NCBI RefSeq assembly: GCF_036321535.1 | Contig: NC_087436.1 | Span: 37,326,001-37,390,000, forward strand | Origin: Camelus dromedarius | Taxonomy: Eukaryota | DNA length: 64,000 nucleotides | Reading direction: 5' to 3' | Shown here: one piece after another, positions 28,596-40,417 of the stretch | How the letters are laid out: every line of letters begins with the position of its first letter | Position numbering within the stretch: position 1 is the stretch's first letter | Made by a program: the position numbers and the translations under genes | The notes under the pieces: generated by a model | What the model was told of the DNA's origin: nothing | Database searches by the model: none | The model's input: only the letters and a program-made list of their open reading frames with translations

Positions 28596-29529
28596 AAAGG
28601 AATTGCATTTTTTATTTCTACTCTACCTTACTGAGGATTAAAGAAAGGTGGGAAATTTTGGGGTGTTCTGTCAAAGAACCTCAAATGTCTTCTTGATACG
28701 CATTGATCTCTTAGATTTCTCTTCAAGCAATTAAACTAAAGCCCATAATATCTTAAGCATTTCTATACAGTTTGAATCTTTCTATAAGTTATTGTTGCTC
28801 CTCACCCATCAGTGATACCAAGTGTCATAATCAGAGAGAGTGGGAATAATTATTGATTGAAGTTTCTTTGCTTCATTGTTCCTTTAGTATAACTTTGAAA
28901 ACTACCTGGAATTAATGGTCACTGTGGTAAACTCCAAAGTCACTGTGTATTTTTCTTTTTAAGTACAAAATGTAGCAAAAAAAATCAATACATAGAATAT
29001 TGAATTACTGCCTCAGATGTGATACACACACCCACATAAATGCACACTGACACACACAATGCTTCAAAATAACAACAACATGAAGAAAAAGTCTACACCT
29101 AAACTGAGATTTTTGGCAAAAAGAGCTGAGGAGTTCAAACTTTTTAAACAAGCAATGAATAGGATTTAGTATTTGAAACCCTTTAGTAATCGTGATTTCT
29201 CTATGAGGCCGTTAAGACTAACCTCGTCTGGTTTCACAGTCCTGTTATCAGGGTTATTATACATATCCATGGCTTTCGGGTCACGTGTCATTACCTGGCT
29301 TTTGTCTCATTTTGCCTTATGTAGCCTCTGATGTGAGCCACTCCTTTCCATGTGCCCCCTCCAATCCTTCCCTCAAGTTCAGTGGAATTTAAACAATCTG
29401 TGCTATACAAACTTCCTTATTTTCTCAACTGTTTCTCCGACTGTTTATTTCCTGTTTGCCAGCAAATCCTTGCTCTTGCCCGAGGGCCCAACTTCCCCTG
29501 TGATCCTTGTAAGTGTAGTTGTTTTCATA

Positions 29530-29700
29530 TCTTTATCGAGGTATATTTAATATATGACAAATTGTACATTTTTAAAGTATCTAATTTTTAAGTTTATATA
29601 TGTGTATATTCATGAAACTATTACATAAGATAATGAGCATATCCATCACCCCCAAAAGTCCCCTCATACCCCCTCATAGTCCTACCCTCCCACTCTAAAG
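29530..29700 (-). mobile_element. L1MB-like 3' end fragment
   Basis: 'tttatcgaggtatatt...aaattgtacatttttaaagt...gcatatccatcacccccaaaagt'. Confidence 0.7.
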
Positions 29701-29899
29701 ATTTTTTCTATATACCCAATCCATATTCCTCTGAGATGGGATATTTTCCATAAACTTTCCACGCCACTAATCCCTCTTTCTCTCAAAAACTTGTCTCCTT
29801 TAAAGTTTGTATACACTAAAGACTATGTTTCCAATTTTCTTTTCTGTTTTCTGTTATGTGTCTACCTTCTTTCCACCCCTCATATTTACCAAAGGCTTT

Positions 29900-31015
29900 A
29901 TAAAACTTGGCTCATTATCTTTTTCTCCACCTCTACACCAAACATTAATCATGGGATACCAACCAACATTTTCTGGATGACTCATCCAACACTGGCCTCT
30001 TGAGTTCCTTGGCCTCCTTGCCTCCAATTACCTCCTCTAGCCAACAAATTTCATGGTCCCACCTCAGACTTCATCATCACCTTTAACTGTATCTCCTCTC
30101 TGACTGTTACCTCTTCTCTTATCCTAGGACTCCACTACAATACCATGCCTCTTAGTATTCAACTTCATCAAGGCCTCCAATCCATTGCCCTTTCAACTTA
30201 CTCATTTTATGAATGAAAACATCATGTCTTTACTCCCTTCCTCACACAGGTTAAAATTCTATGGTCCAGCAATGAAATTCCTCTTATACAAATTTTTAAT
30301 TCTCTTCTTCCTCTATCATACTTACCTAGGAAAAATTCAATCCTAGCTAAACCTGAGTAATCTGCCTTCTCTGTGCCTAAGCAGCTGGAAGTTCTTTGAG
30401 AAAATCATAGAAGTCCTTTTTGATTCTTCTCTTTTTCAACAATATTCAAAAACCTAAGAGACCATTTAACACCACTGGTCAGTCTTACTATACTTCCCTA
30501 GTTCGTTTGCCTTCGTATTTTCTGAGATTAATATTCCATACCTTCTCCTTTATTCTCATATGAATAAATAAACTCTACTCTGTCTGTCTTAGTTGCTCAC
30601 TCTTCTTGCTATTTCTTTGAGGAAAATAGAAGTACTCAGATAGGACCTCCAATGTTCACTAAATCTGAATATCTCCACAAATCTTAATTTATGTTTTTTC
30701 TCTTTTGAAAATGAAAATAACTATTCCTCCTTCTTTCACAGCTCATCCTTCCATTTCTGCTTGGAATTTAACCCCCCGCCCCTTTATCTTATTATGGACT
30801 TCTCTCCTGGACTTACAATTCCTTCACTGTAAGTTTCTCTTTCTCCACTAAATATTTCCACTCAGTTATAAACTTGCTGTACTATCTGTCATTAAAAAGT
30901 CATCTCTTGACCTCAGATACTCTCATTGCAACTGCTCCACTTATGTTCTTCCCTAATAGAGAAAAAATTTTTTTAAAGAAATTTTGCTATCTATCCACTA
31001 TCTCAACTCCTGTAT
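29900..31015 (+). mobile_element. L2 ORF2 fossil
   Basis: 'atggtcccacctcagacttcatcatcacc', 'aaattcaatcctagctaaacc...gcagctgg...gagaaaatca', 'tttctttgaggaaaatagaag'. Confidence 0.65.
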
Positions 31016-31019
31016 CTCC

Positions 31020-31635
31020 TGTTTCCTATCAGGACATAGAGACACACACAGTGAGTTAAACAGAAGTTTAATATAAAGAATTACTAAATTATAAGAGGAG
31101 CAACTTTAGATCTAAGAAAAGTACATAGGCATCCGAGGGCTGAAGGAGAGCCTCCAAAGGAGGAACAACTTGAAAGAGCAGCTCTGGCCTCTGCAGCTGG
31201 GTTTCAAGCTTACAGTTGCAGCCCACTGGATGGCAGAGAAATTCACTGGTGTTTCCAGAGGCTAGATTCACAGAGGTACAGAAGGGGTGGGAGGGGTGCT
31301 AGTGCTGGCAGGAGGCCAGAACTACATGGTGTCCACATTAACAGGGCCAGAGAAAGGTTACCATCAGACTGGGCTAGGGTTGCAAGGTCGGCAAGGGATT
31401 ATGCATTCTGGTTATGTGTCTTGCCAGAGTATGTTCTTATACCTGTAGCATTGACTGAAGGTGCAACAGGATGGACGTTTACTCCTGTAATGTCCCTGCA
31501 GTGCCCTTCACTGAGAAAGTATAACATGGTATGCACTGTAAAGAAATACTTGAAGTAATTTCATCCATTATTACAAAACATATATTAAAAGGTGGATTTG
31601 GAGCTCAGAGGAAATAAATTGACAACTGATACACT
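31020..31635 (-). mobile_element. Probable ancient ERV-type solo LTR
   Basis: LTR-like composition, ending 'ggtggatttggagctcagaggaaataaattgacaactgataca'; family not identified. Confidence 0.45.
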
Positions 31636-31809
31636 CATAACTTGGTGTAATTTTAAAATGTGAAAAATGGTATTTTTCAATTCTGGAAAATTCTCAACTT
31701 TTATTTCTTTGATTATTGTCTCTTCCTCATTATCTTTATTTTCTTTTTCCCAAAACATTGTCATTTCATGCCTCCATATTTTTTGGTTTCATCTGCTGTC
31801 TGGGCTACA

Positions 31810-31897
31810 CCACACAGCGCAGTGTAGGGTTAAGAGCGTAGACACTGGACCTATCTTACCTGCATTCAAATTCTGGTTCCACCACTGCAACTGCACA
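31810..31897 (+). mobile_element. MIR 5' (tRNA-derived head) fragment
   Basis: 'cagtgtagggttaagagcgtagacactgga...ctgcattcaaattctggttccaccact'. Confidence 0.7.
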
Positions 31898-32079
31898 GTA
31901 TCAGATACTTGAAAAGACTCATGAGACTCCACAGGGTGTACTCACATAAGGCTTTATAAAGGTAGGCATAGGGCAAAAAGGAGGGGGAAAGCGCAGGCAA
32001 TCAGAGAGTGGTTGTATTATTTTAGATCCCAACCAGGATGGATAAAAGTTCCAGTTGCTTCACATTCTCATCAACATTA

Positions 32080-32525
32080 GGGAATGCAATGTGAAGGAAA
32101 CTAGAGTGGAGAAAAGGAAACGGGGCAGAAAAGAGGGAGGACAACCACAAGGTGTATTACTGAGCTGGCCACTGCTTGATAGCAAATGAAATTAAATGCT
32201 TGATCTCAAGGGACCATCTTCTAAAGGACTATATATTTATATTCTATTTACTAACACTTCATGTCAGGAAAGTTTGTCCAAGGGGAGGAAGGGAAGAAAA
32301 TTTAGTCTCTAGCTCCCATGTCCCATGGGTAAAAGTCTGTCAAGTAGGAATTAATCTCCCTTCAACATTGCTGGTGTTTGCATGGAAGCCAAGAGCATCC
32401 TTTTCCAGCAGGAACAGGGAAATAGAATGGAAAGCATGAGATTCATGACACAGACATGAAATGAGTGTTGTCTGTGCTGTAGTGAAGTTGCTGTGGAGGT
32501 GGCTGGGTGGAAACAAGTGGCACAG
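32080..32525 (-). mobile_element. ERVL-family LTR fragment (LTR33-like)
   Basis: 'gagggaggacaaccacaaggtgtattactgagctggccactgc' resembles LTR33-type sequence as recalled. Confidence 0.45.
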
Positions 32526-32704
32526 CCCAGAGACAGCTGATGAATAAGAGATGTTTGATGCTATGACTTTATGCTGATAATTGTTATTTCTGAGTTTCTG
32601 AAGTTGAAAAATTGACCTTCCAAGCATATCAGACTTTCTAGAAGGCATTTTATGCCTTCTATTGTGTCCTCTATATAAGATCTACTATTAATTTATTCAC
32701 TGTT

Positions 32705-33330
32705 TCATTCATTCATTCAATAAGCAATTACTCAGTAAACTAGCATGTGCCAGGCACCATTCTGGGTTCTTGGGATCAAATGGACCCAGGTAGGACCAAA
32801 ATGGTCCTACTGTCATGGGCTTCCTCTGTAGTAAAAGAAAGACAACAAACAGGAAAAAAGTGAAATAAGCTAATATCAGAAAATGATGAGTGCACTGTAG
32901 AAAATAAAACAAAGTAAAGAGATAGAGAGTGTTCAGAGTGGGGCTCTGGAGGGCATGGGAAAGGTATAACTTGAGAAGGGAGTCATATTTGAACAAATAA
33001 TTTAAGGATAAGAAAAACCTTGTCAGGTGTTGATTTGGAAATAGAAAGATTTAGGTAGAAGGAATGGCAAATGCCAAGGTCCTGAGGAGAGAGCATGCTT
33101 GAATAGTGTGGTTGGACATAAGATGAATTTGAAGAATTGGGCAGATCTCAGATGATGTGGGAATCTATAGACCATTGTCACGAGTGTGGACATTACTCTA
33201 AGTACAATGGAAAACCACTGGAGACTTTAGTGAGGAAATGGCGTGATGTGATTTGTGTGTTTTTATTGTTGGTTTGTTTTATTTTTAATCACTCTGCTCT
33301 TTAAATAATAAAGAGCAGAGGGTTAGGAAT
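32705..33330 (-). mobile_element. L2a 3' end
   Basis: 'cattcattcattcaataagcaattactcagtaaactagcatgtgccaggcaccattctggg'. Confidence 0.85.
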
Positions 33331-33910
33331 GAAAAAAAGACTATCCTCTAACCCATGTGTATTGGTTGGATTCCGAGTCAGATGAACTGCGGTGGAGAGG
33401 GTGTAGGAGAAAATGTTGGGGAGTTGGATGCACTAAGAGTAGATTGGCACAGATTTATATGAGCAAGAGATTTGGGACAGCAGAGCCACGAGGAAGCCAG
33501 AATGTACCTGGAGAGAAAGAATGTCAGGAGGATAGCATGGTATTGGCCTCAGAGGCGGGCCTCCAGATCCACCTTTTCAAATTTGGTCTGAACCCAGGAC
33601 ATAATGGGGAGGGACAGGGGGCTTTAGGAAGATTCTGTAGGACGCTGAGACACAAACATCATTGGTTGATGCTTAGGGAACAAAGTGTGACATTGGGAGG
33701 TAGTATCTCTCTGTTTCCTCAATGAGCACAGCTTGAAAACCATACTACACTTGGAAGCAACCACACAGCCTAGGCTGAACAATGTCCTGGGAAACACAAT
33801 GCCTCTGAAGAGGGATGGAATATATGGAAGTCTTAGAGGCTGCCAGACACATGATTATACTTATTTCTGAGCATGAGTCCCTCTCTGGTTCTATGCAGAA
33901 TAACTAGTGA

Positions 33911-35206
33911 TCAGTGAAGTTAGGACACTCCTTCACACCATACACAAAAATAAACTCAAAATGGCTTAATGATTTAAACATAATACAAGATGCTATAAAC
34001 CTCTTAGGAGAGAACAGAGGCAAAATATTATCCGACGTAAAACTCAGCAATGTTCTTCAAGGGCAGTCTACCCAGGCAATAAAAATAAAAGCAAAAATAA
34101 AACAAATGGGACCTAATTAAACTTATAAGTTTCTGCACAGCAAAGGAAACCATAAGCAAAACAAAAAGACAACCTATGGAATGGGAAATAATATTTGCAG
34201 AAGATCACACTGACAAGGGCTTAATTTCCAGAATATATAATCAGCTCACTTAACTTAATAAGAAAAAAACGAACAGCCCAAAAATGGGTAGAAGACCTAA
34301 ACAAGCAATTCTCCAATGAAGACATACAAATGGCCAACAGGCACCAGAAAAAAATGCTCAATATGGCTAATCAGAGAAATGAAAATCAAAACTACAATGA
34401 GATATCACCTTAGATGAGTCAGAATGGCCGTCATTCAAATGTCCACAAACAATAAATGCTGGAGAGGCTGTGGAGAAAAGGGAACCCTCCTACACTGTTG
34501 GTTGGAATACAGTTTGATGTAGCCATTATGGAAAACAATATGGAGCTTCCTCAAAAAACTTAAAAAGATTTACCATATGATCCAGCAATCCCACTCCTGG
34601 GCATATATCCAGAGGGAACCTTAATTCTAAGATATATACACCCCACTGTTCATAGCAGCACTATATACCATAGCCAAGACATGGAAACAACCTAAACGTC
34701 CCTCAACAGATGATTGAATAAAGAAGTTGTGGTATATTTACACAATGGAATACTACTCAGCCATAAAAATAATAAAATGCCATTTGCAGCAACATGGATG
34801 GATCTGGAGAATGTCATTCTAAGTGAAGTAAGCCAGAAAAAGAAAAATACCATATGATATCACTTATATGTGGAATCTTAAAAAAAAAAAAAAAAAAAGA
34901 CAAACTTATTTACAAAACAGAAACACTCACAGACAGAAAACAAACTTATGGTTACCATGGAGGAAGGGGGTAGGCACGGATAAATTGGGAGTTTGAGATT
35001 TGCAGATACTAATTACTACATATAAAATAGATGAACAACAAGTTTATACTGTATAGCACAGAAAACTATATTCAATCTTATAGTAACTTATAGTGAAAAA
35101 GAATATGAAAATGAACACATGTATGTTCCTATATGTCTAAAGTGCTGTACACCAGAAATTGACACACTGTAAACTGACTATACTTCAATGAAAATATATT
35201 AAAAAA
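33911..35206 (+). mobile_element. Young 5'-truncated L1 (1.3 kb) with a 12-bp TSD
   Basis: TSD aataact(a/g)gtga at 33899-33910 and 35207-35218; ORF2 C-terminus ('PYTKINSKW') plus 3' UTR. Confidence 0.95.
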
Positions 35207-35449
35207 AATAACTGGTGAGACACTGAGGCATCTGGAGGAGCTGTGTCAGAAGATGGGAGAATAAAGATACATGGTTTCCAGTGATGGCAAAACTGAGAAC
35301 TTCTCTTTATCCCCGGGCAAAATTGCCTTGGGATAAAGAGGAGTTCTCACCTTGGGGTAATTGAGACGCTGCTTCTCTCCCTTCCTTCTGCCTCCCTCAA
35401 ACGGTATGAGCCAGTCACATGAAGTCTCTTCTAGTCCTTTGGATGCATC

Positions 35450-35770
35450 TGATTCTCTTATCATCTGACCTTTTCAAATGCTATTTCCTCTCTTTGGATA
35501 CTCTTTCTCCTTCTGTCTTGGCTTGGTTAATTCCTACCACCGTACTCTGGGTTACGCACTCCTCATCTATGCTTCCATGGTGTCCCCAAATACTATACTC
35601 CTGTAGCACTTACTAAATGGGAACTGTTTACTTACTTAGTTTAGCGCCTCCTATAATGAAAACTTCATGACAACAGGGATTGGGTCTGCCCTTTGCTCAC
35701 ATTTGTATGTCTAGTCTCTAACATAGTTCCTAGAAATAAGTTGGTGCTCAAAAAATTTAATGAAGGAAGA
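35450..35770 (+). mobile_element. L2 3' fragment
   Basis: 'aacttcatgacaacagggattgggtctg...tttgtatgtctagtctctaacatagttcctag...ggtgctcaaaaaattt'. Confidence 0.65.
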
Positions 35771-36554
35771 GAAGGTAGAAAGTTGAAAAAGAAGGGCAGA
35801 AAAGAGACAAGTTACAAGTAAGGAGTGAGTACCCTTACCGTCCACCATTCCCTTTGATTCAACTCTCAGTGGAGTGGACACTGCTGCAGTTAGTAGAAGG
35901 TACTGTTGTATCTTCTTGTTCAGAGAAAACTGATCTTAAGGCTTTATCATTCTTTCAGGGACTATTTCTTGAGCATTTATATTGTGAGGCTGCTCAATGT
36001 AATAGAAGGATAAACAGTTTCTGCCCTCAAGTAGCTTAGAGTTTAGTTGGGCTGAGGAACATATAAACAAATAATTTCAAATGATTAGATTTGTTTGGGG
36101 ACTGAAAGTAACAAATGAATTATATCTTGAGGAAGAGAAAATATTCTTTATGTCAAAAAGAAGCTTCTCTCCATCCCCACAACTGTGCAATTCATTTTAG
36201 TCTCTTTCTTTCTGGGATGGCAATAGGGACAATTGTGTGCATCTCCCCTGGAGATCACAGGTTTTGCTAGTTCCTTTCTCTCTTTTTCTGTGCTTTCTCT
36301 CTTTTTCTGTGCTTTGACTTAACAATATCCCAGGCAAATAAACACTGATAAATGGTGCTCCGATCCCTCTTCAAGCCTCTCCTCCCACAATGTTGTTGCA
36401 TAGAATCATTTGTTCCAAAACATTTGAATTCAACTATCAGGGGGATTTCATTTATATATCACTCCTCCCTGTCTTTCCCACAACACCAAAGTTCAGAAGG
36501 GACCTGGGTTCATTAAATTATAATAACATAAACCAAATCCATGAAGATGACTAT

Positions 36555-37592
36555 GAAAAGACAACAGTAACAAGTGCTGATGAAGACGTGGAGAAATTGG
36601 ATCCATCATAGTTTGCTGATGGGTTTATAAATTGATGCAGCCACTTTAGAAGATAGTTTGACAGTTCCTTCAACGTTAAATATAGGGATACTATGCAACC
36701 CAGCAATTTTACTCCTAGGTATATACTCAAGAGAACTGAAAGCATACGTCCCCACAAAAACCTGTACATGTTCATGGTGGCATTAGTCAAAATAGCCATG
36801 CTGTGAACTGAATGTTTGTTTCCCCTCAAAATTCAAACTTTGAAACCTAGTCGACCTAATCCCCAATGTGATGGTATTTAGGGGTGGGGTCATTGGGAGG
36901 GGATTAGGTCATGAATGGGATGAGTGCCCTCATAAAAAAATACTACAGAGAAATTCCTTGCTCCTTTTATGAACCAGAAAATGGGGCCTCCTCACCAGAC
37001 ACTGAATCTGCTGGTGATCTTGTACTTCTCAGCCTCCTGAACTGGGAGAAATACTTGTACTTCTCAGCCTCCTGAACTGGGAGAAATAATTTCTGTTGTT
37101 TATAAGTCATTCACTCTATGGTATTTTTGTTATAGCAGACCAGATGAACTAAGACAAGCCCCCAACTGGAAACAACCCAAGTGGTGATTGGATAAACAAA
37201 ATGTGGTATATCCATATGATGGGATATTATTCAGAAATAAAAAGGAATGAACTACTGATATATGCTACAACATGATAAGCCTTGAAAACCTCTTGCTAAA
37301 TGAAAGAAGTCAGTCACAGGGCAACAAGTTGCATTATTCCATTTAAATGGAAAGTCCAGAATAGGCAAATCCATAGAGAAAGTAGGTTGATAGTTTTTAG
37401 GTAAGGGGGAGGGAGAAATATGAAGTGACTGCTAATGGGAAGGGGGCTCATTTTCAGAGTGATTGAAATATTCCAAATGAGACAGTCATGATGGTTGTAC
37501 AACTATATACTAAAAGCAACTGAATTATATAGTTTAAAAGGGTAAATTTTATGGTATGTGAATTATATCTCAATCAAGCTGTTATTTCAAAA
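36555..37592 (+). mobile_element. L1MB-like 3' end, split by an MLT1 LTR
   Basis: 'aacaagtgctgatgaagacgtggagaaattgg...aaagcatacgtcccc' and the terminus 'ttttatggtatgtgaattatatctcaatcaagctgtt'. Confidence 0.85.
36799..37156 (+). mobile_element. MaLR solo LTR (MLT1A/A0-like)
   Basis: TG...CA ends; 5-bp TSD agcca/agccc; 'ctaatccccaatgtgatggtatt', 'tttctgttgtttataag...ggtatttttgttatagcag...aactaagaca'. Confidence 0.9.
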
Positions 37593-37766
37593 ATATGGAT
37601 AACAATACTTGGAATACTGCAGTAACTGTATTTTGGCAGACTTGATTTGAATAACTTTCCTTTCCTTCCATAGACAAACATATATGGCTTCAGATTACAT
37701 GAATGTGGGATTCTGGAACACCAGATAAGTTCTACTGAATCTCTTTAGAAAGGTATGCTTAGGAAC

Positions 37767-37777
37767 CAAGATGGCAG
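37767..37777 (+). promoter_or_regulatory. YY1-type site of the L1 internal promoter (CpG-decayed)
   Basis: caagatggcag versus the YY1 core AAGATGGCGG, at the canonical position just inside the L1 5' end. Confidence 0.6.
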
Positions 37778-39134
37778 AGTAGAGAGACTCACAGATCACC
37801 CTCTCCCATAAATACACCAAGAATTAATATCTACAAAGTCATTAAATTGCACAGAACACCTACTGAACTCTGGCAGTGTCTCTCATTTCGAAATACAGGA
37901 GGATTCCCACAAAATCTGGTAAGAAAAGAAAAAAGAAAAACATTGGTGCAGGACCAGTCCTACAGGGAGGGGGCAGCATAGGAAGAAAGGCATCCTCATG
38001 CTGGGACACCTCCCTGTCCAGCTGGGAGGTCAGTGGGGACAGAAGTGGAGCTTCCAAGGCTCTGAGGAGAAAATGGCAACCACTTGGCAGACAGAATTAA
38101 AGGAAACTGACACAGAGGGTCCCTGCACTCCTCAGCCCTAGATGCCAGCTGGCAGCCTCAGGGGACTGGAAAGTAGTGTGAGCTCTGGCTGGGGGTGTGT
38201 GCAGAACAGAACAATCTGGGACCCCCATAAAAAAGCACCACTGTTGGTGCGAGGGGGAAGGGTGCAATGCAGCTGTACCATACCCACTTTGTCCACTTGG
38301 CTCTATTGCTGGTGTGTTCTCTCAAGAAGTGGTGCTTGTTCATAGCCATCACTGCTGCACAGAGGCGGGGCTGAAAGATGAATCCATACCCAGTTGCCCT
38401 GTAACTTCATAGGCCTGACTGAAATTTGTTTACAACCTCAGGCAGAGAGGGTGGATTTGCTCTTTCTGGGCCCTTTGTGGGCCCGCACCTCTGGGACAAA
38501 TAGGCAGTGAGAGGAGGTTCTGACTTACAGGTGGGGGTAAGTATGGGTATTGACAACAGGCCCGAATACCAGACAATATGTGGAGACAGGGCTGGGGTCT
38601 GTCCTGACCCTGTGGTGCACCACAGATTCAGATGTACAATGGCATGCTTGCTACAGTGGGTCCTAGTGCCTGACACTGGTGGATCTGCTCAGAGCCTGTG
38701 GGACACCAGAACAGGTGGCCGACATTTCCGCAGCTAAGGTGGGGACAAAGGCAGTGTCAACAAAGAGTACTTTGTAAGCCAGAATAACAAGCAACAGACA
38801 ACACCATGTAGTGCACAGTGGACATCTCCTACCTACTCTTCTTCCCAGCAGAAGCGCTCCAACCCTGCCTACTACACACCACAGGTCAGAAATGGGTCTA
38901 GAAGGCTCTATTCCAGCAACAAGGAAGTAGACCAGGCCCCTGTCAAGTGGTTGTCAAGGCTGTGACAACTCAGAACAAAAAAGGAGGCCCAGCTCAACAA
39001 CACTTAGATGCACATAGTCTACAAGGGAACACTCTGACTTTAAATAAAAACCAACAAAAAATAAAACAGTCCTTCAAGACAACAGTAAATAACTGATACT
39101 CCTAAATCCATAGAGCCAGAGAAATATAAATAAA

Positions 39135-40007
39135 ATGAAGAAGCTGAGGAACCACTCCCAACTAAAAGAACAAGAGAAATCCCCTGAAACAATGATCAAT
39201 GAAATAGACCTCGATAGTCTGCTAGATAATGACTTCAAAAAAAGGGAATGCTCAATGCACTTAAGGAACTAAAAGAGACTATCAAGAGACAGAGAATACT
39301 TTAAAAAGGAAATTGAAACTATAAAGAAGAGCCAATTAAAAACAGAAAACTCAATTGCTGAGCTAAGAGCTGAGCTAAAGACAGTCAAAAGCAGATTAGA
39401 TAATACAGAGGAACAAATATGTGACTTAGCAGGCAGGAGAACAGAGGTCACCCAATCAGAACAGCAGACAGAAAAGCAAATAAAAACCAGTGAAAGCAAT
39501 ATAAGGGACCTATGTGATAATATAAAGCATGCCAACCTATGCATAATAGGGGTCCTAGAAGGAGAAGAGAAAAGGGGATTGAAAAGTTATTTGAAGAAAT
39601 CATGACTGAAAACTTTCCAAACTTAAAGAAGGCAACAGATATCTAAGTATAGGATGCACAGAGGGTCCCAAGCAAGATGAACACAGACCTAAACTAAGAC
39701 ATATTATAATTAAGATGGCCAAAGTTAAAGATAAAGAAAGGATTCCAAAGGCAGCAAGAGAAAAACAGAGTTAGTTACAAGGGAACACCCATAAGGCTTT
39801 CAGCAGAGTTCTCTACATGAACAATGCTGGCCAGAAGAGAGTGGCAAGATATATTCAAAGTCTTGAATGAGAAAAAGCTGAAACCTATGATACTCTATCC
39901 AGCAAGACTATCCTTTAGAGTATAGGAGAGATAAAGAATTTCACAGACAAGCAAAAACTGAAAGAATTAAAAAATACTAAGCCTATACTTGTAAAGGTCT
40001 ACTCTAA
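39135..40007 (+). pseudogene. L1 ORF1p pseudogene
   Basis: ATG AAG AAG CTG AGG AAC CAC...; 'gccagaagagagtggcaagatatattc' (ARREWQDIF), 'ctctatccagcaagactatccttt' (LYPARLSF); frameshifted. Confidence 0.9.
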
Positions 40008-40417
40008 ATAGAAAAGAAACAGGAAGCTATAGAAATGAGAAAACCATAACTGAAAATGTGATAACTATAATGAATTGCAAGAGAATAAACATGCAGATAT
40101 AAAAATAAATAAATAAAAATAAATATCAAAATCATAAAAGGTGGGCGAGGGGAGCAAGAAAATACAGATTTTTTTCCTTTTTTTTCTTCATTCTTTTTAG
40201 GATGTGTTTGAACCTACATGACTATCAATCTAAAGCAAACAGATATAGTAAGGGGTTAACATACTTGAAAAACAGGGTAAACACAAACCAAAAGCATACA
40301 ATAGAGTCACAAAAACCAAAAAGGAACCAAGATAATACAAAAGAAAATTATCAAGCCATAAAAAGAAAAACAGAAACAAAGGAGAAATACCAAATCAACT
40401 GGAAAACAAAGTTCAAA

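Noticed and set aside
31810..31897. tRNA gene
   Set aside because: The A/B-box-like sequence is the degenerate tRNA-derived head of a MIR; no cloverleaf.
33357..33725. 122-aa ORF in apparently unique DNA
   Set aside because: GTG start, no recognisable domain or convincing splice context; consistent with chance.
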